Below are positions 32,659-42,641 of a stretch of DNA of 64,000 nucleotides, in pieces. The stretch spans positions 1 to 64,000 of the forward strand of contig CAWABA010000009.1 in the NCBI GenBank assembly GCA_963780185.1, in the 5' to 3' direction. Position numbers and translations under genes: made by a program. Under the pieces are notes generated by a model, which was not told where the DNA came from, searched no databases, and saw nothing but the letters and a program-made list of their open reading frames with translations. How positions within the stretch are numbered: the first letter of the stretch is position 1; every line of letters begins with the position of its first letter. This DNA is from Candidatus Bathyarchaeota archaeon. GTDB taxonomy: Archaea > Thermoproteota > Bathyarchaeia > Bathyarchaeales > Bathycorpusculaceae.

Positions 32659-33557
32659 TAAGTGCACTTCCGAAGGACCATAATCCCTTGCGTTCCCACA
32701 TTTGAATTTATAGGTATTTCGTTTTTTGGAGTTAGGAAATGCGAGCCTGTTAAGGCGCCTGCTATTACCGTAGTCAAGAAACCATTTGTACTTCCTCCAG
32801 GCGTCAAGACTGGGCGACTTATTGATACACTAGGACTGGGAATGGCTTTTAGAGTCCTGTAAAGCTGATCAAACGCTTGATCCGGACACAAGGAGTCCAG
32901 GTAAATGATATTTCTCGTTCTGGTTCTGTACTTTTCCAGCATTTGATAATGATTTGTTAAAGTGCGCTCTCCCCATTGAATGGAGCGGTTTGGAAATTCC
33001 AAAAGGGGAAACACATCGTAAGGATCCAAGTTTTCAGCTGCTTGTTCAAGGGCAGTTCGGTCGCGTAATAGCGCGGGGTACCACCATACGGGAACAGAAT
33101 TAGACGACTGAGCCACATAGGAAACGCCGAAAGGATCTGCATGCCATAATTCAAAAGGGGCGTCTTTTTGAGACACTTCCCCCTCAGGGATTACTATTCC
33201 CAATGCGATATTCTTTCCTTTCATTATATGGTCTTTCCAATTGATGATGATTGAAGCAATGCACTCAGTTGGGAGATTAGAAGGGTCAAACCAGTAGAGT
33301 ATAGGGCTTCCATCAAGATCATCGACTACCGAATCCAGAGCTTTAGAAGAGTTTTTCAGACAAACGCAAGCTATCTCAATACTTTTGCAGTTATATGGTA
33401 ACGGATTATATGTATTAGTTGGATTATCCAGATGTTTTGTTTGGTGCGGATTGATTATCAATTTGCCTTCGAGGGCTGACCTGTTAAAAGGGGGTGAATT
33501 GCACTCTAAGTAGTCCATTGTTATGATTACCTTGGGAGAGATGTTTCCAGCTTGCAT
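32658..33557 (-). CDS. Uncharacterised protein co-transcribed with the PRTase-like and PfkB-SIS genes
   Basis: 299-aa ORF; its stop overlaps the next start (TAATG) and it begins 4 bp after the upstream gene. Confidence 0.75.
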   Translation of the reverse strand: MQAGNISPKVIITMDYLECNSPPFNRSALEGKLIINPHQTKHLDNPTNTYNPLPYNCKSIEIACVCLKNSSKALDSVVDDLDGSPILYWFDPSNLPTECIASIIINWKDHIMKGKNIALGIVIPEGEVSQKDAPFELWHADPFGVSYVAQSSNSVPVWWYPALLRDRTALEQAAENLDPYDVFPLLEFPNRSIQWGERTLTNHYQMLEKYRTRTRNIIYLDSLCPDQAFDQLYRTLKAIPSPSVSISRPVLTPGGSTNGFLTTVIAGALTGSHFLTPKNEIPINSNVGTQGIMVLRKCT

Positions 33558-33561
33558 TCAA

Positions 33562-34632
33562 TTACCTCGCAGGAGTGTGGTGCACCACTCTCGGGAAGAG
33601 AGGATACCAGTCATTTTCATGCCATAATAAGTACAAAGAATCATTTGGACAATTTGATTGAAGAATTAACGTCAAACCGGCACTCCCGTATCCATATTTA
33701 GCGCCCCCGCCAACTCTTGTGTGTTCATCTTCCTTAAATCTGTCGTAGTACTTATCACATAATTTTGCTACTGATTTGTTGACGTCAATTCCTGTTCCAT
33801 CTGCATTAGAAATACAAAAAGAGATTGGCAACCAACATGTAGGGTATATTTTTACAAAAGGAACTGAGCACTCGCTTAGATATTTTGGTAGTCTGTTATC
33901 AAGATTTTTCTCTGAAACTGAAGTTTGGATGAATGGGCAGTAGTAAATTTTGTCTTCTTTTATGAAATCCTTCCAAAGACCTTGAAAACGAGGAATTTTT
34001 CCCGTCCATACTCCATTCTTATTCCGTAACGCTGTGTCTCCGCTTGCTGATATTTGGTCAATCAAAAAGATGTTTTTGTGAGGAGGTAGCTCTTTCATAG
34101 AGGTTTTGTCTCGTTTATAATATTCAACGAAATTCTCTTTACTGAATGAATGATATCTCATCGCGTAACGGCGAAAGAAATCAAAGTGCATATCATCAGC
34201 GCAAGCAACGAAAATACTTCTTCTCAATTCTGCATCTAAATTCAAGCTCCGGGTGGCCATGTAATCATTCCAATTATTGATTGAGGCATTTACGGAGTTT
34301 TGTAAAATGCAATACCGCGCGTTTTCAAAGGTTCTGATAGCTAATTGCTTCATTTCATACGTACTAATAAATTTGAGAGACTTCACTATTTCCATTGCTG
34401 CCTGTCTGTCTTCCTTGTCGAAATTATCAAGCCATTTAAGAAGTCTGCTTTCAAATGTTTCCCCTGGAAATGAATGATCATATCTGTCATACTTTCTACG
34501 ACTCAAAAAGAGTATTCTTGCTGTTTCGTCTGCAGAAATATCTACCCCTAAATAGGTTAAAGCTAGCCGCAATTGCTCTGTCTGGCTCTCAAAAGAACTA
34601 AAGGTATATGGGCGATATTCTGTAATAGTCAA
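33562..34632 (-). CDS. Phosphoribosyltransferase-like protein (PRTase-CE-like, conflict-system type)
   Basis: Y..FESRLLKWLDNF, PRPP-loop-like IFLIDQISASGDT, C-terminal YGYG..LILQSNCPNDSLYLLW..WYPLFPR. Confidence 0.72.
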   Translation of the reverse strand: MTITEYRPYTFSSFESQTEQLRLALTYLGVDISADETARILFLSRRKYDRYDHSFPGETFESRLLKWLDNFDKEDRQAAMEIVKSLKFISTYEMKQLAIRTFENARYCILQNSVNASINNWNDYMATRSLNLDAELRRSIFVACADDMHFDFFRRYAMRYHSFSKENFVEYYKRDKTSMKELPPHKNIFLIDQISASGDTALRNKNGVWTGKIPRFQGLWKDFIKEDKIYYCPFIQTSVSEKNLDNRLPKYLSECSVPFVKIYPTCWLPISFCISNADGTGIDVNKSVAKLCDKYYDRFKEDEHTRVGGGAKYGYGSAGLTLILQSNCPNDSLYLLWHENDWYPLFPRVVHHTPAR

Positions 34633-35064
34633 CTACCTTGGACGAGATATGGATGGTTTTTGCTTATATGTTTAATTAATCTTCCTCAATTCTCAACCAA
34701 GCCTACTCTATTAAACATCTTGCAAGTCGCAGTTTTTCAGCCCATCCCAAAGGTTTCAACCCGCAAAAATGTTCAAGCTCTATCCAAGGAAGCACCCTAA
34801 AACGCAAGATCTACTTGCGAAGCTGCAATTTTGCGTTGCTTTTCTGGAAAAGGTTGTCGAACATGCGCATGCGGGCTTAATCAAATTGATTGAAGATCGG
34901 GTACCTGTCGTTGCCGGTCGGTTACTTGAATTGAGATTGATGCTCCGCCTGAGATGTCTTTTTGCTTTACTTTATATTGTTTCACTAACAGCGAAAATGG
35001 GCGCGTGTCAGAAAAATAAGCCATTAGTAATTTGCGCTGTAAGTGTTTGGTTCCTCAAAGCCAG

Positions 35065-35340
35065 TCGCCCATAACTGACAATGTCATCGCTGAATTTCAA
35101 CATGGTATTGTCGCAGAAAGTCGCATCCGCCCATCCCGCAACATAGAACACGACCAGACACGACCAGACCTACAAGCGGATTGGGCTCGTTTTCAAAAAA
35201 GCAACTTGAAACGCAACAGGAAAAAGTCTCAACTTTCCCCAAAACAAAAGTCGCAACGAAAAAGTTAACTTCCGCAAAAACCAGCAGAACCAACCCAAAC
35301 CGCAGCAACCAAAAAAAACCGAAACCGCAAGAATGCAACA
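35065..35340 (+). repeat. Copy of a dispersed intergenic repeat (related to 16085-16330)
   Basis: Same blocks as 16085-16330; both regions translate to KSQLSPKQKSQ in the ORF track. Confidence 0.7.
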
Positions 35341-35422
35341 CCAATTTTTTTTGGTTCTCCGAAACCCATAAATGGGGAGAGCTGAAGTATAGAAGAGATA
35401 ACGGAATCATGAGGATTACACC

Positions 35423-35650
35423 ATGAGCGAAATGACAACCGAAATCCTTGAACAAAACCTCAGTAAAGTCGTACTTGTACGGCTTAAAGGCGGAAAAAGC
35501 CTCCGGGGAAGACTAAAGGGTTTCGACCAACACTTAAACCTCGTCCTAGAAGAAACAGAAGACACAACCCAAGTTGAAAACCAAAAGAAACTGGGACTAA
35601 TAATCGTCCGCGGAGACAACGTAGTCCTAATATCACCACCGCCTAGGTGA
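35423..35650 (+). CDS. Sm-like (LSm/SmAP) RNA-binding protein
   Basis: [35 protein letters not shown]; upstream of L37e. Confidence 0.95.
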   Translation: MSEMTTEILEQNLSKVVLVRLKGGKSLRGRLKGFDQHLNLVLEETEDTTQVENQKKLGLIIVRGDNVVLISPPPR

Positions 35651-35655
35651 CCACG

Positions 35656-35844
35656 ATGGGAAAAGGAACTCCATCAATGGGCAAGCGCCAAGGCAAAACC
35701 GTCCACATAAAATGCCGACGCTGCGGAAGACGAGCATACCACGTACGGCACAAACGTTGCGCGGCATGCGGCTTCGGCGAAACCACAAAGATGCGGCATT
35801 ACACCTGGATGCGCAAGACTCTTCAAAGAGTAAGAGTCGTCTAA
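35656..35844 (+). CDS. rpl37e: 50S ribosomal protein L37e
   Basis: [32 protein letters not shown]. Confidence 0.95.
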   Translation: MGKGTPSMGKRQGKTVHIKCRRCGRRAYHVRHKRCAACGFGETTKMRHYTWMRKTLQRVRVV

Positions 35845-35957
35845 CCCAACTTTCAACCATCTGATTCTTAAACTAAAGCAGCACTGTTTTTGAATTCAAA
35901 TTTAGATAGCATAAGCTAAGCTAGAACATCACAAAAAATAAAATAAGGTGGATAAGC

Positions 35958-36569
35958 TCAGTTTGGCGAGTTATAGTAGCCTTTGTCTACTTTGACAAAG
36001 ATCAAGGGACCTTTACTCTGAGCCATCTCGCGGGCTTTCCGAAGCGCCTCGTTAACTATGGTGAAAACCTGTTCACGCTCGTTTAGTTCCTGCACGCGTT
36101 TTTCTCCGAGTTCCATCTTTAGCAAATTCTCCGCCAATATTTCTGTGCCGCAGATTTCCCCGTTCTTAAGCAGGGTTGTAATGATGATTTCCTGAAGCTC
36201 CTGTTTGTGGTCAATCCTCTTCCACAGAGGCTCGGCGTTGGATAGCGTTTTGGAAATCTTGTTCCATCGAGTAGCGTTCTGGTCGCCTATCAGCAGTTTG
36301 ACGCGTTCCTTCCACTTCTTGAACCAAATTCCAATCCAAACAGTTAAGAACGCCTCCAGCTCCGAGGAATCCTCTTTAAAAACTGCCTCCAGCCTTTCAA
36401 CCAATTCGCATTGGCTTGCTTCTTTCCCAATCAAGTTCCAATGAAACTTGAGGAAGTTTGTGAAGTCTTGACAAGCCACCTGCAAGACTTTGCGGTCAGA
36501 CCCTATAACGTCAAGAGCTGGATCCGCATCCTTCAATTTCTCCCCTATCATCAATTCAACAAAGTTCAT
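35958..36569 (-). CDS. Hypothetical protein
   Basis: 203-aa helical-looking ORF with no recognised motif. Confidence 0.7.
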   Translation of the reverse strand: MNFVELMIGEKLKDADPALDVIGSDRKVLQVACQDFTNFLKFHWNLIGKEASQCELVERLEAVFKEDSSELEAFLTVWIGIWFKKWKERVKLLIGDQNATRWNKISKTLSNAEPLWKRIDHKQELQEIIITTLLKNGEICGTEILAENLLKMELGEKRVQELNEREQVFTIVNEALRKAREMAQSKGPLIFVKVDKGYYNSPN

Positions 36570-36702
36570 TCTGATTCCCGCTCCTAAGCCCTCTCCAAAT
36601 AATGCTAAGATCAAGGTTTCTGATAAACCTTATTTTTTCTGAGACATATAAACGCCTAAGACGATTTCACACAATATTACAGCTTTCGATATACCGACTG
36701 AA

Positions 36703-37359
36703 TCATCCGATGAAGTTTGGAAGCGCCGTAACATCGTTTAAAATCAAGTCTGGCTCTTCTTTAGCAAGTTCACTCGATTGATAGAGCCCCGATAAAACGG
36801 CAACAGTACGTGCTCCAGCAGCTTTTCCAGCCCGCACATCATTAACCGAATCACCAGCGATGACGCAGTCGCTTATATCAACATCCAACGTTCTAACACA
36901 GTCCAAGAGCGCTTCAGGTGAAGGTTTAGGCTTAGTCGTGTCCAGAGCCGTTACTACGTAGCTAAAATATCTTGATATTCCAAAGAACTCAAGCTCTTTT
37001 CTGATGGACTGCTTCGGCACATACCGCATGGTTATGAGGGCAAGTTTCCTTTTTTCCGCCAACGCTTCAAGCGCGGCTTTAACATCCGGCATTAGCCTAG
37101 TTTTGTGCCGGGTAACTGCATAGAAGGTTTTCAAGTATGTGCTCAGGAACCTTTTGGTTTCACCGTATGTGATGTCATCTATCGGGAAACCCTGCTCAAG
37201 TCTCCGAGGGATTTCCAAAGCCGTTTCATCTGCTGCTGGCATTTGACCGATGGCTCGGAACGACACCCTTGCCGCTTCCAAGTAGGCTTCAGTAGAGTCA
37301 ACTATGGTGCCGTCCAAATCCAAGAAAATAGCTTTTGCTTTGAAGCCGTTGTCGAGCAT
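36703..37359 (-). CDS. HAD hydrolase, phosphoglycolate-phosphatase-like
   Basis: DLDGTIVDS, KPKPSP, GDSVNDVRAGKAAG. Confidence 0.9.
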   Translation of the reverse strand: MLDNGFKAKAIFLDLDGTIVDSTEAYLEAARVSFRAIGQMPAADETALEIPRRLEQGFPIDDITYGETKRFLSTYLKTFYAVTRHKTRLMPDVKAALEALAEKRKLALITMRYVPKQSIRKELEFFGISRYFSYVVTALDTTKPKPSPEALLDCVRTLDVDISDCVIAGDSVNDVRAGKAAGARTVAVLSGLYQSSELAKEEPDLILNDVTALPNFIG

Positions 37360-37825
37360 TTCTCTCGGCTCTTCACTGTGCACTTTATTTCTTAAAGGTT
37401 TCTTATGTTCCGCCAAGAAACAACGTCTCGGCACCAATTCTGAAACGGGGGCTATTCTGAAGATGACGTTTTGGTCGAAGACATTTCCTTCAAAAAGAAT
37501 TTCCGCTAATCCGTTTAGGAGGAGTTTTGGGTTCGTGTTTCTTTTCCGCGGATGAATGACAGTATCCCACTAGCACCAATATGGCTTATGGAGGCGTAGA
37601 AGGAGTTGTCTACTTCTTTTTCTTAATTGTTGGTCGAAGGTTAATTTATCAATACGCCGCATAGGAGATTCAGGTTTTAGAGGCAGAATCAGTTTTCGAA
37701 GAGAGAGCATCGGGCTCTGACCGATACATCGCGTCTGATGGTTAATGTTTGGAAAGGGTCCAGATAACTAATTATAATTCGCAGAACCTAATTTGAAGAC
37801 AAACCTGCTCCAGCTGTGTTTCCAA

Positions 37826-38295
37826 ATGCCTGAGAAAAACGCTTCTCCAACCGACATATTCAGTTTGATGTCAGAAGAGAGCCCAGAGCAGGCAAGGAAA
37901 ACGCGAAGGAAAGAGCTTCTGGAGCCCACAGGCGTAAAGGATGTTTTCAAGGAAGGCAAAATAGACATTAACAAGTTCACCTGCGTCGGAGTGCAATGCA
38001 AATTATGCATCAAAGCCTGCCCCACGAACGCATTTACTGGTCAAATAGCGGGGTTGGTGTTGTTGATGATTTATGTGTTTACTGCGGCGGCTGCGTTTTG
38101 AACTGTATGGTTGACGACTGCATAAAAATTGAGCGGAAACGTGAAGATGGCTCAAAAGAACGTTTCAGTAAGCCAAAAGACGTCATTGCAGTCGCTGAGA
38201 AGGTTAATTCGAAGAAACGTTTAGAACGGGTGAAGGCTGTTTTCCCGACGGCTGAAAACTACTGTCATAGGTACCTCGACAAATCCGAATTGTAG
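37826..38295 (+). CDS. 4Fe-4S dicluster protein (frameshift near 38030)
   Basis: CVGVQCKLCIKACPTNA and CVYCGGCVLNC. Confidence 0.8.
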
Positions 38296-38349
38296 ATCCC
38301 TTCACGTGACGGTAACTTGGCTTTTGATTAGAAATGTTGGTCAAGAGAC

Positions 38350-39498
38350 TTAGCGCGTTTGATTGAAGCCACTGTTCCGCTACGCGTCGTCAACTCGATT
38401 TTTTCCCGTAACCTTTTTTTGCCAAAACGTTCTCTAAGAGCAGTTCGTCGCCAAGTTTCAAGTCTTTAAGCTCGTCTGCATGTTCGCGCCATGCTGTAAC
38501 CTGAACTGTTCCCGACCCGTCTTTTAGCTCAAAAACTGTCAAATTCACTTTTTCACCCTTGTTAGTTGTTACTTCCCTGTTTTTGGGAGCCGATGCGACG
38601 ACGCCGCGAACGTCTACAATTTGGTTTTCCGTTAAGCTATCGATTTGGGTTAACTGCAACGGGTTTGTTTGGACGTTGATGTAAGTGTTAGAGTCCACGT
38701 GGGCTTCAAACCCGCCGTTCTGCGCATCTTTAACTCTGGCATTAATCAGCAGCAAACGTGAATTAGGCTTCAGAGTTTCCAGTTCAGTGGCTTTTTCGTT
38801 CCAAACCACGGCTGTAACTTGCCCCGAATCATCGGCGAGTGTTACTCGCATGACTTTGCCCTCGACGTCGTCAGTTCGTGCAAAAGTCGTTAATGCTGAA
38901 ACCGCCTTCACTGTACCTGAAAGATGAACGGTGCCCGATGCGCAGTTGAGGGAGCCTATTTTTGTGGTGAATTTCTCTGCGGATGGGTAGGTGCTGGTTT
39001 TTTCTGGGGGGTCAACTTCGATTTTGCTTTTGCCTCCAGATGCAGCTCCACTTTGCCGTAGCGGTCTTCGCGAGTGTATCCGTGGAGGAGCCGAATTGTT
39101 TGTCCTATGATTAGTTGGCCGCCTTCAACCAGGTTTGCTTTGTCGTTCCAGAGCATAACCCGCAGGAGTCCTTCGTCGTCGGCGATCATTAAGGTGGCGT
39201 ATTTGCCTGGTTTTTCTCCTTCGAAGGTGCGGATGGGGAAAACAGCGATTAGGCGACCCTCCACGGTAACATCGTTTAAGCCAGCGAATAATCGGTTGCT
39301 CGACAGGGTGCCGCTGTTGTTTATGCAGTTCTGTTCAACCACGACCCCGAACTTCGCCGCGATAAGCCTCAGAAGCGTCTCGTCTGCAAGCAAACCGCCG
39401 CTTCTCGCTCTCTTATCCCGCAGCATCTCCAAAATCTGCTCTTCGGTAACCTGCGGGTTTTGTGCGAGAATTTTCTGGACGATGTCTATTGAGGTCAT
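38350..39498 (-). CDS. rpa: Replication protein A / multi-OB-fold ssDNA-binding protein (frameshifts)
   Basis: Repeated OB motifs IADDEGLLRVMLWNDKA, LADDSGQVTAVVWNEKA and LKDGSGTVQVTAWREHA. Confidence 0.8.
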
Positions 39499-39951
39499 CT
39501 TGCGCCGACACGAATACAATTCTGGCGCTTTTAATTTTTTTGCATTTCTCAACCCTGAATTCGATGTGAGGTTGCGACGAGCTTGGCTGACGGTTTGCTT
39601 TTTGTATTGGTTTTTGGTCACAAATAGTAGACCCCTCCCTCGGTCTGTTCGGATCCATATTTACATTGGAATTTTGAGGTAAATACTAGACCCCCTCCCC
39701 TCGTCGGGTCGGCGCTTGATGGGCTTGTTTTGGGTTGCTTTTTTGTTTTAGAGCTTGATTATGTGCCTTTTTTGTTTTGTTCAATTTTGTAAATCAAAGA
39801 CTTTCTGCGGCGTGTCTTCTCACGAAAGCGGAGAAAATCAATGTTGCCTTGCGAGGATGGGGCTGTTGCAGTGACATTGAACAAGGGTTTTGTGTCTTCC
39901 AGAATTCCTAAAAGGTTTTAAGCGCTCGGCTCACAGTATCATGCGGTACCC

Positions 39952-40539
39952 ATGGGCTTTCTTAAAAAACTTGAAGGACACTTAGTTGCGCCAAAAGCCG
40001 ACGTCAACCTGCAACTCCAAGACCAATACGCTGTCTTAGGTGATAACTTGGAAGGAACACTCACGGTTACGCCGCATGAAGACATAGCGTCAGACGAAAT
40101 CCGCCTCGAAATCAAATGCGCTGAAACCGTGAAGGTCATGAAAACCGAGTACGACCCCGCCCTCAAAATGGTGGTCAATCGGCAAGTAACCGAAAATCTG
40201 GTTCTCTACCAAGCAAAACCCCAATGCAACCCAGCCATCGCCCTCACAAACGGCGTCAGCAGCAGCTTCAAATTCAGCATCCCCCTTCCCGCCGGAGCCC
40301 GCCCAACCTACATGTCCGCAGAAGACACGGTCCAGTGGGAAATCAAAGGCGTAATCGCCGTCCACGGAAGACCCGACGTAACCACCAAAGAAACCATCTT
40401 ACAGGTCATCCCGCCAAGCGAAAGACCCCAAAATGAACCGCCAAAAGTGCGTCTTGTCGCATGCCAATACTGCCAAACAGAAATGCCTGAAACCACCCTA
40501 ACCTGCCCAAACTGCGGAGCAAGAAGAACCGCACAATAA
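39952..40539 (+). CDS. Arrestin-N/SpoOM-like protein with C-terminal zinc ribbon
   Basis: LEGTLTV..FKFSIPLPAGARPT..VQWEIKG; CQYC..CPNCG. Confidence 0.65.
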   Translation: MGFLKKLEGHLVAPKADVNLQLQDQYAVLGDNLEGTLTVTPHEDIASDEIRLEIKCAETVKVMKTEYDPALKMVVNRQVTENLVLYQAKPQCNPAIALTNGVSSSFKFSIPLPAGARPTYMSAEDTVQWEIKGVIAVHGRPDVTTKETILQVIPPSERPQNEPPKVRLVACQYCQTEMPETTLTCPNCGARRTAQ

Positions 40540-40578
40540 ACCAAATCTCACGGCTTTCACGTTTCAAGAGGAATAATC

Positions 40579-40815
40579 ATGAAGAATTCGGAATGCACAA
40601 TCTACATCATGTTCAAGGGTAGGTGGATACAGAAGTTTCGCAAAGAAGAGGACGGCTGGATGGAATACAGCCAAAACGGCACCGTGCGCCCATGCACCGC
40701 CGAGCAATTCATATCGCACCTGCTTCCGCCGTTGGCTGGGATAAAAGGGCCAGAAGTCACCGTCAAAGTCGAATCCAACCCAGAAACCACTAACCTAAAC
40801 GCGTCCACCCGTTAA
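40579..40815 (+). CDS. Hypothetical protein
   Basis: GAGG RBS upstream; 78-aa ORF. Confidence 0.55.
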   Translation: MKNSECTIYIMFKGRWIQKFRKEEDGWMEYSQNGTVRPCTAEQFISHLLPPLAGIKGPEVTVKVESNPETTNLNASTR

Positions 40816-41615
40816 CTCAACTTTTTTCGGTACCTCAGCAAAGCCATCGAGAACGCTGCAAAAAACAGGGGCAACACCGCCAGCCACGGAAACTCTGGGA
40901 CTGCGGCTGTTGCAGTTGACGTTGGGTCTGGTGTTGTCCTTGTCGGTTCAGGCGTGGTTGCGTCGATGGGCGCTGAGGCGGCGCCGTTGTTGACGGTGAT
41001 TGTCCGGGTGCTGCTCCAGTCGCTTCTTTGCCCGTTGAAGTCATAGAAGCCATCTTGGGTGGGGATATATCCGATGCATGCCTGCGCTTGAAATTCGACC
41101 TGGCTACCGACAGGAGGCTGATCTGTTCCGAAAAGAAGTGGCAGCTTCTCAGTTATCGTGGTAAATTCCGAGCTAGATGCTGCGAGGTCTGGGTTGAAAA
41201 TGCTGTAGATAGATGCGGAGCATCGCCCGACTCCGACGCCGTTGTCGTCAAAGGGGAAATACATCCAGTTGGTTCCGTAGGTTCCTTTGAACCGAAGGTT
41301 GTAGCAGAGGCTGACATTGTAGCCGTATGAGTTGATGTACGAAGTGAAGGGCTGGTTCTCTATAGTGAACACGAAGGATTTGTTTTCGACGTGGTCGCCC
41401 TGTTTGGTAATCACGGTTTGCCCTGTGAACTGGTCTACTCCGTAGGTCGGCAGTATATCATACGAATTATCTACGTATCTAATGGAGAATCTCGGCGTAG
41501 AGGGCTTAGTTGTCGTTGATTGGGCGCCTGCTGGTACCGACGCCAGTAGGATAAGGGTTGAAGTGGCGATTGTCAAAACGAGCAGCAAAGCCAAACTCTG
41601 TCGGATTCTTTCCAT
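40812..41615 (-). CDS. Secreted surface protein with PEF-CTERM-like sorting signal
   Basis: Signal peptide, T/P-rich linker, VPEFP followed by a TM helix and RYRKK. Confidence 0.8.
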   Translation of the reverse strand: MERIRQSLALLLVLTIATSTLILLASVPAGAQSTTTKPSTPRFSIRYVDNSYDILPTYGVDQFTGQTVITKQGDHVENKSFVFTIENQPFTSYINSYGYNVSLCYNLRFKGTYGTNWMYFPFDDNGVGVGRCSASIYSIFNPDLAASSSEFTTITEKLPLLFGTDQPPVGSQVEFQAQACIGYIPTQDGFYDFNGQRSDWSSTRTITVNNGAASAPIDATTPEPTRTTPDPTSTATAAVPEFPWLAVLPLFFAAFSMALLRYRKKLS

Positions 41616-41653
41616 GATTGCATCTTGCAGCTGATTGAAATAAAAGCCTGTTC

Positions 41654-41693
41654 GTTAAGGTTTCTTGACTTCGATTAGTCAAGGTTTCTTGAG
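41654..41693. promoter_or_regulatory. Tandem GTCAA-N6-TTGAC operator
   Basis: GTTAAggtttcTTGAC and GTCAAggtttcTTGAG, 24 bp apart, 7 bp from the TATA box of the gene at 41615. Confidence 0.7.
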
Positions 41694-42349
41694 TTAGTTT
41701 TTCGATGCCTAATTACCCGAGCGATGAAGAGCATAGAGATTAACAAGGGTAGAACTGCCAACGTTGGAAGCTCTGGAACGGCGGCTGTTGGAGTTGGGGC
41801 GCTGGATGGCGAAGCCGTGGGCGCGGGGGAAGCTGTGGGCGAAGGCGTGATCTGGGGTGCCCCGATTGTGAAGTTGACGGTTTGGTAAGCGTAGACTTCG
41901 AATCTTTGCAGGCTCGGGTTCTCTGGGATTCCCAGGTATTGCCAGCCGTAGTAGACCGTGACGTTGTGGGCTCCGTCGGATAGCTGGGGCAAATCGAAGC
42001 TTGTGGAAGCGGTCACGGTGTAATAGTACCATTCACCGCCGTCGGCATTTGGGTAACTTGTCGATGTGGGTAGGTTCCTTACGCTGTTGACGACTCCTCC
42101 GTCTACGCTGTAGCCGACGTTTCCGAATTGCCCAAGCATAGTGGAGACGTTTACTGCGAAGCTGAGAGTAATTGGGTTGCCTGCATAGTTTTGGTTTTGG
42201 GGTGAACTGACTGTGATGTAGTTTCCTTGGTCACAAATTATGACGGGACCCAATGTGGGGACATCAGGCGGCGTGGGAACTTGAGCTTTCGCCAAGAACG
42301 GCATCAGCAAAACCGCTATCAGGACAGCCGCTGTCATTGTTGCCTTCAT
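41675..42349 (-). CDS. Secreted surface protein with PEF-CTERM-like sorting signal
   Basis: Signal peptide, Ig-like region, P/T/S linker, VPELP followed by a TM helix and RHRK. Confidence 0.8.
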   Translation of the reverse strand: MKATMTAAVLIAVLLMPFLAKAQVPTPPDVPTLGPVIICDQGNYITVSSPQNQNYAGNPITLSFAVNVSTMLGQFGNVGYSVDGGVVNSVRNLPTSTSYPNADGGEWYYYTVTASTSFDLPQLSDGAHNVTVYYGWQYLGIPENPSLQRFEVYAYQTVNFTIGAPQITPSPTASPAPTASPSSAPTPTAAVPELPTLAVLPLLISMLFIARVIRHRKTNSRNLD

Positions 42350-42396
42350 TTTCCATCTAGTGATGAACTTCTTGATCTTTTGTTAAAAGGCTTCTT

Positions 42397-42437
42397 GTCA
42401 ACATTTCTATACAAACGGCAAGTCAACATTTATTGAC
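42397..42437. promoter_or_regulatory. Tandem GTCAA-N6-TTGAC operator
   Basis: GTCAAcatttcTATAC and perfect GTCAAcatttaTTGAC upstream of the gene at 42349. Confidence 0.65.
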
Positions 42438-42641
42438 TAAGCTCCCTAACAGATGAAAGTCGGGCACAAAGATGGCCAAAGCGACAAAACTCTAAAACTG
42501 TGGTTTTTGGGTTTGTTTTAGCAACGACTTGAACATGGACGAATCTGTCATGAATTCACTGAACATTTATGTATTTGAGTTTGGCATTCAACCCTAAAAT
42601 AAGCACCGTGGTGCTATGGAAACAGTCAAAGTGAGTTGTGC

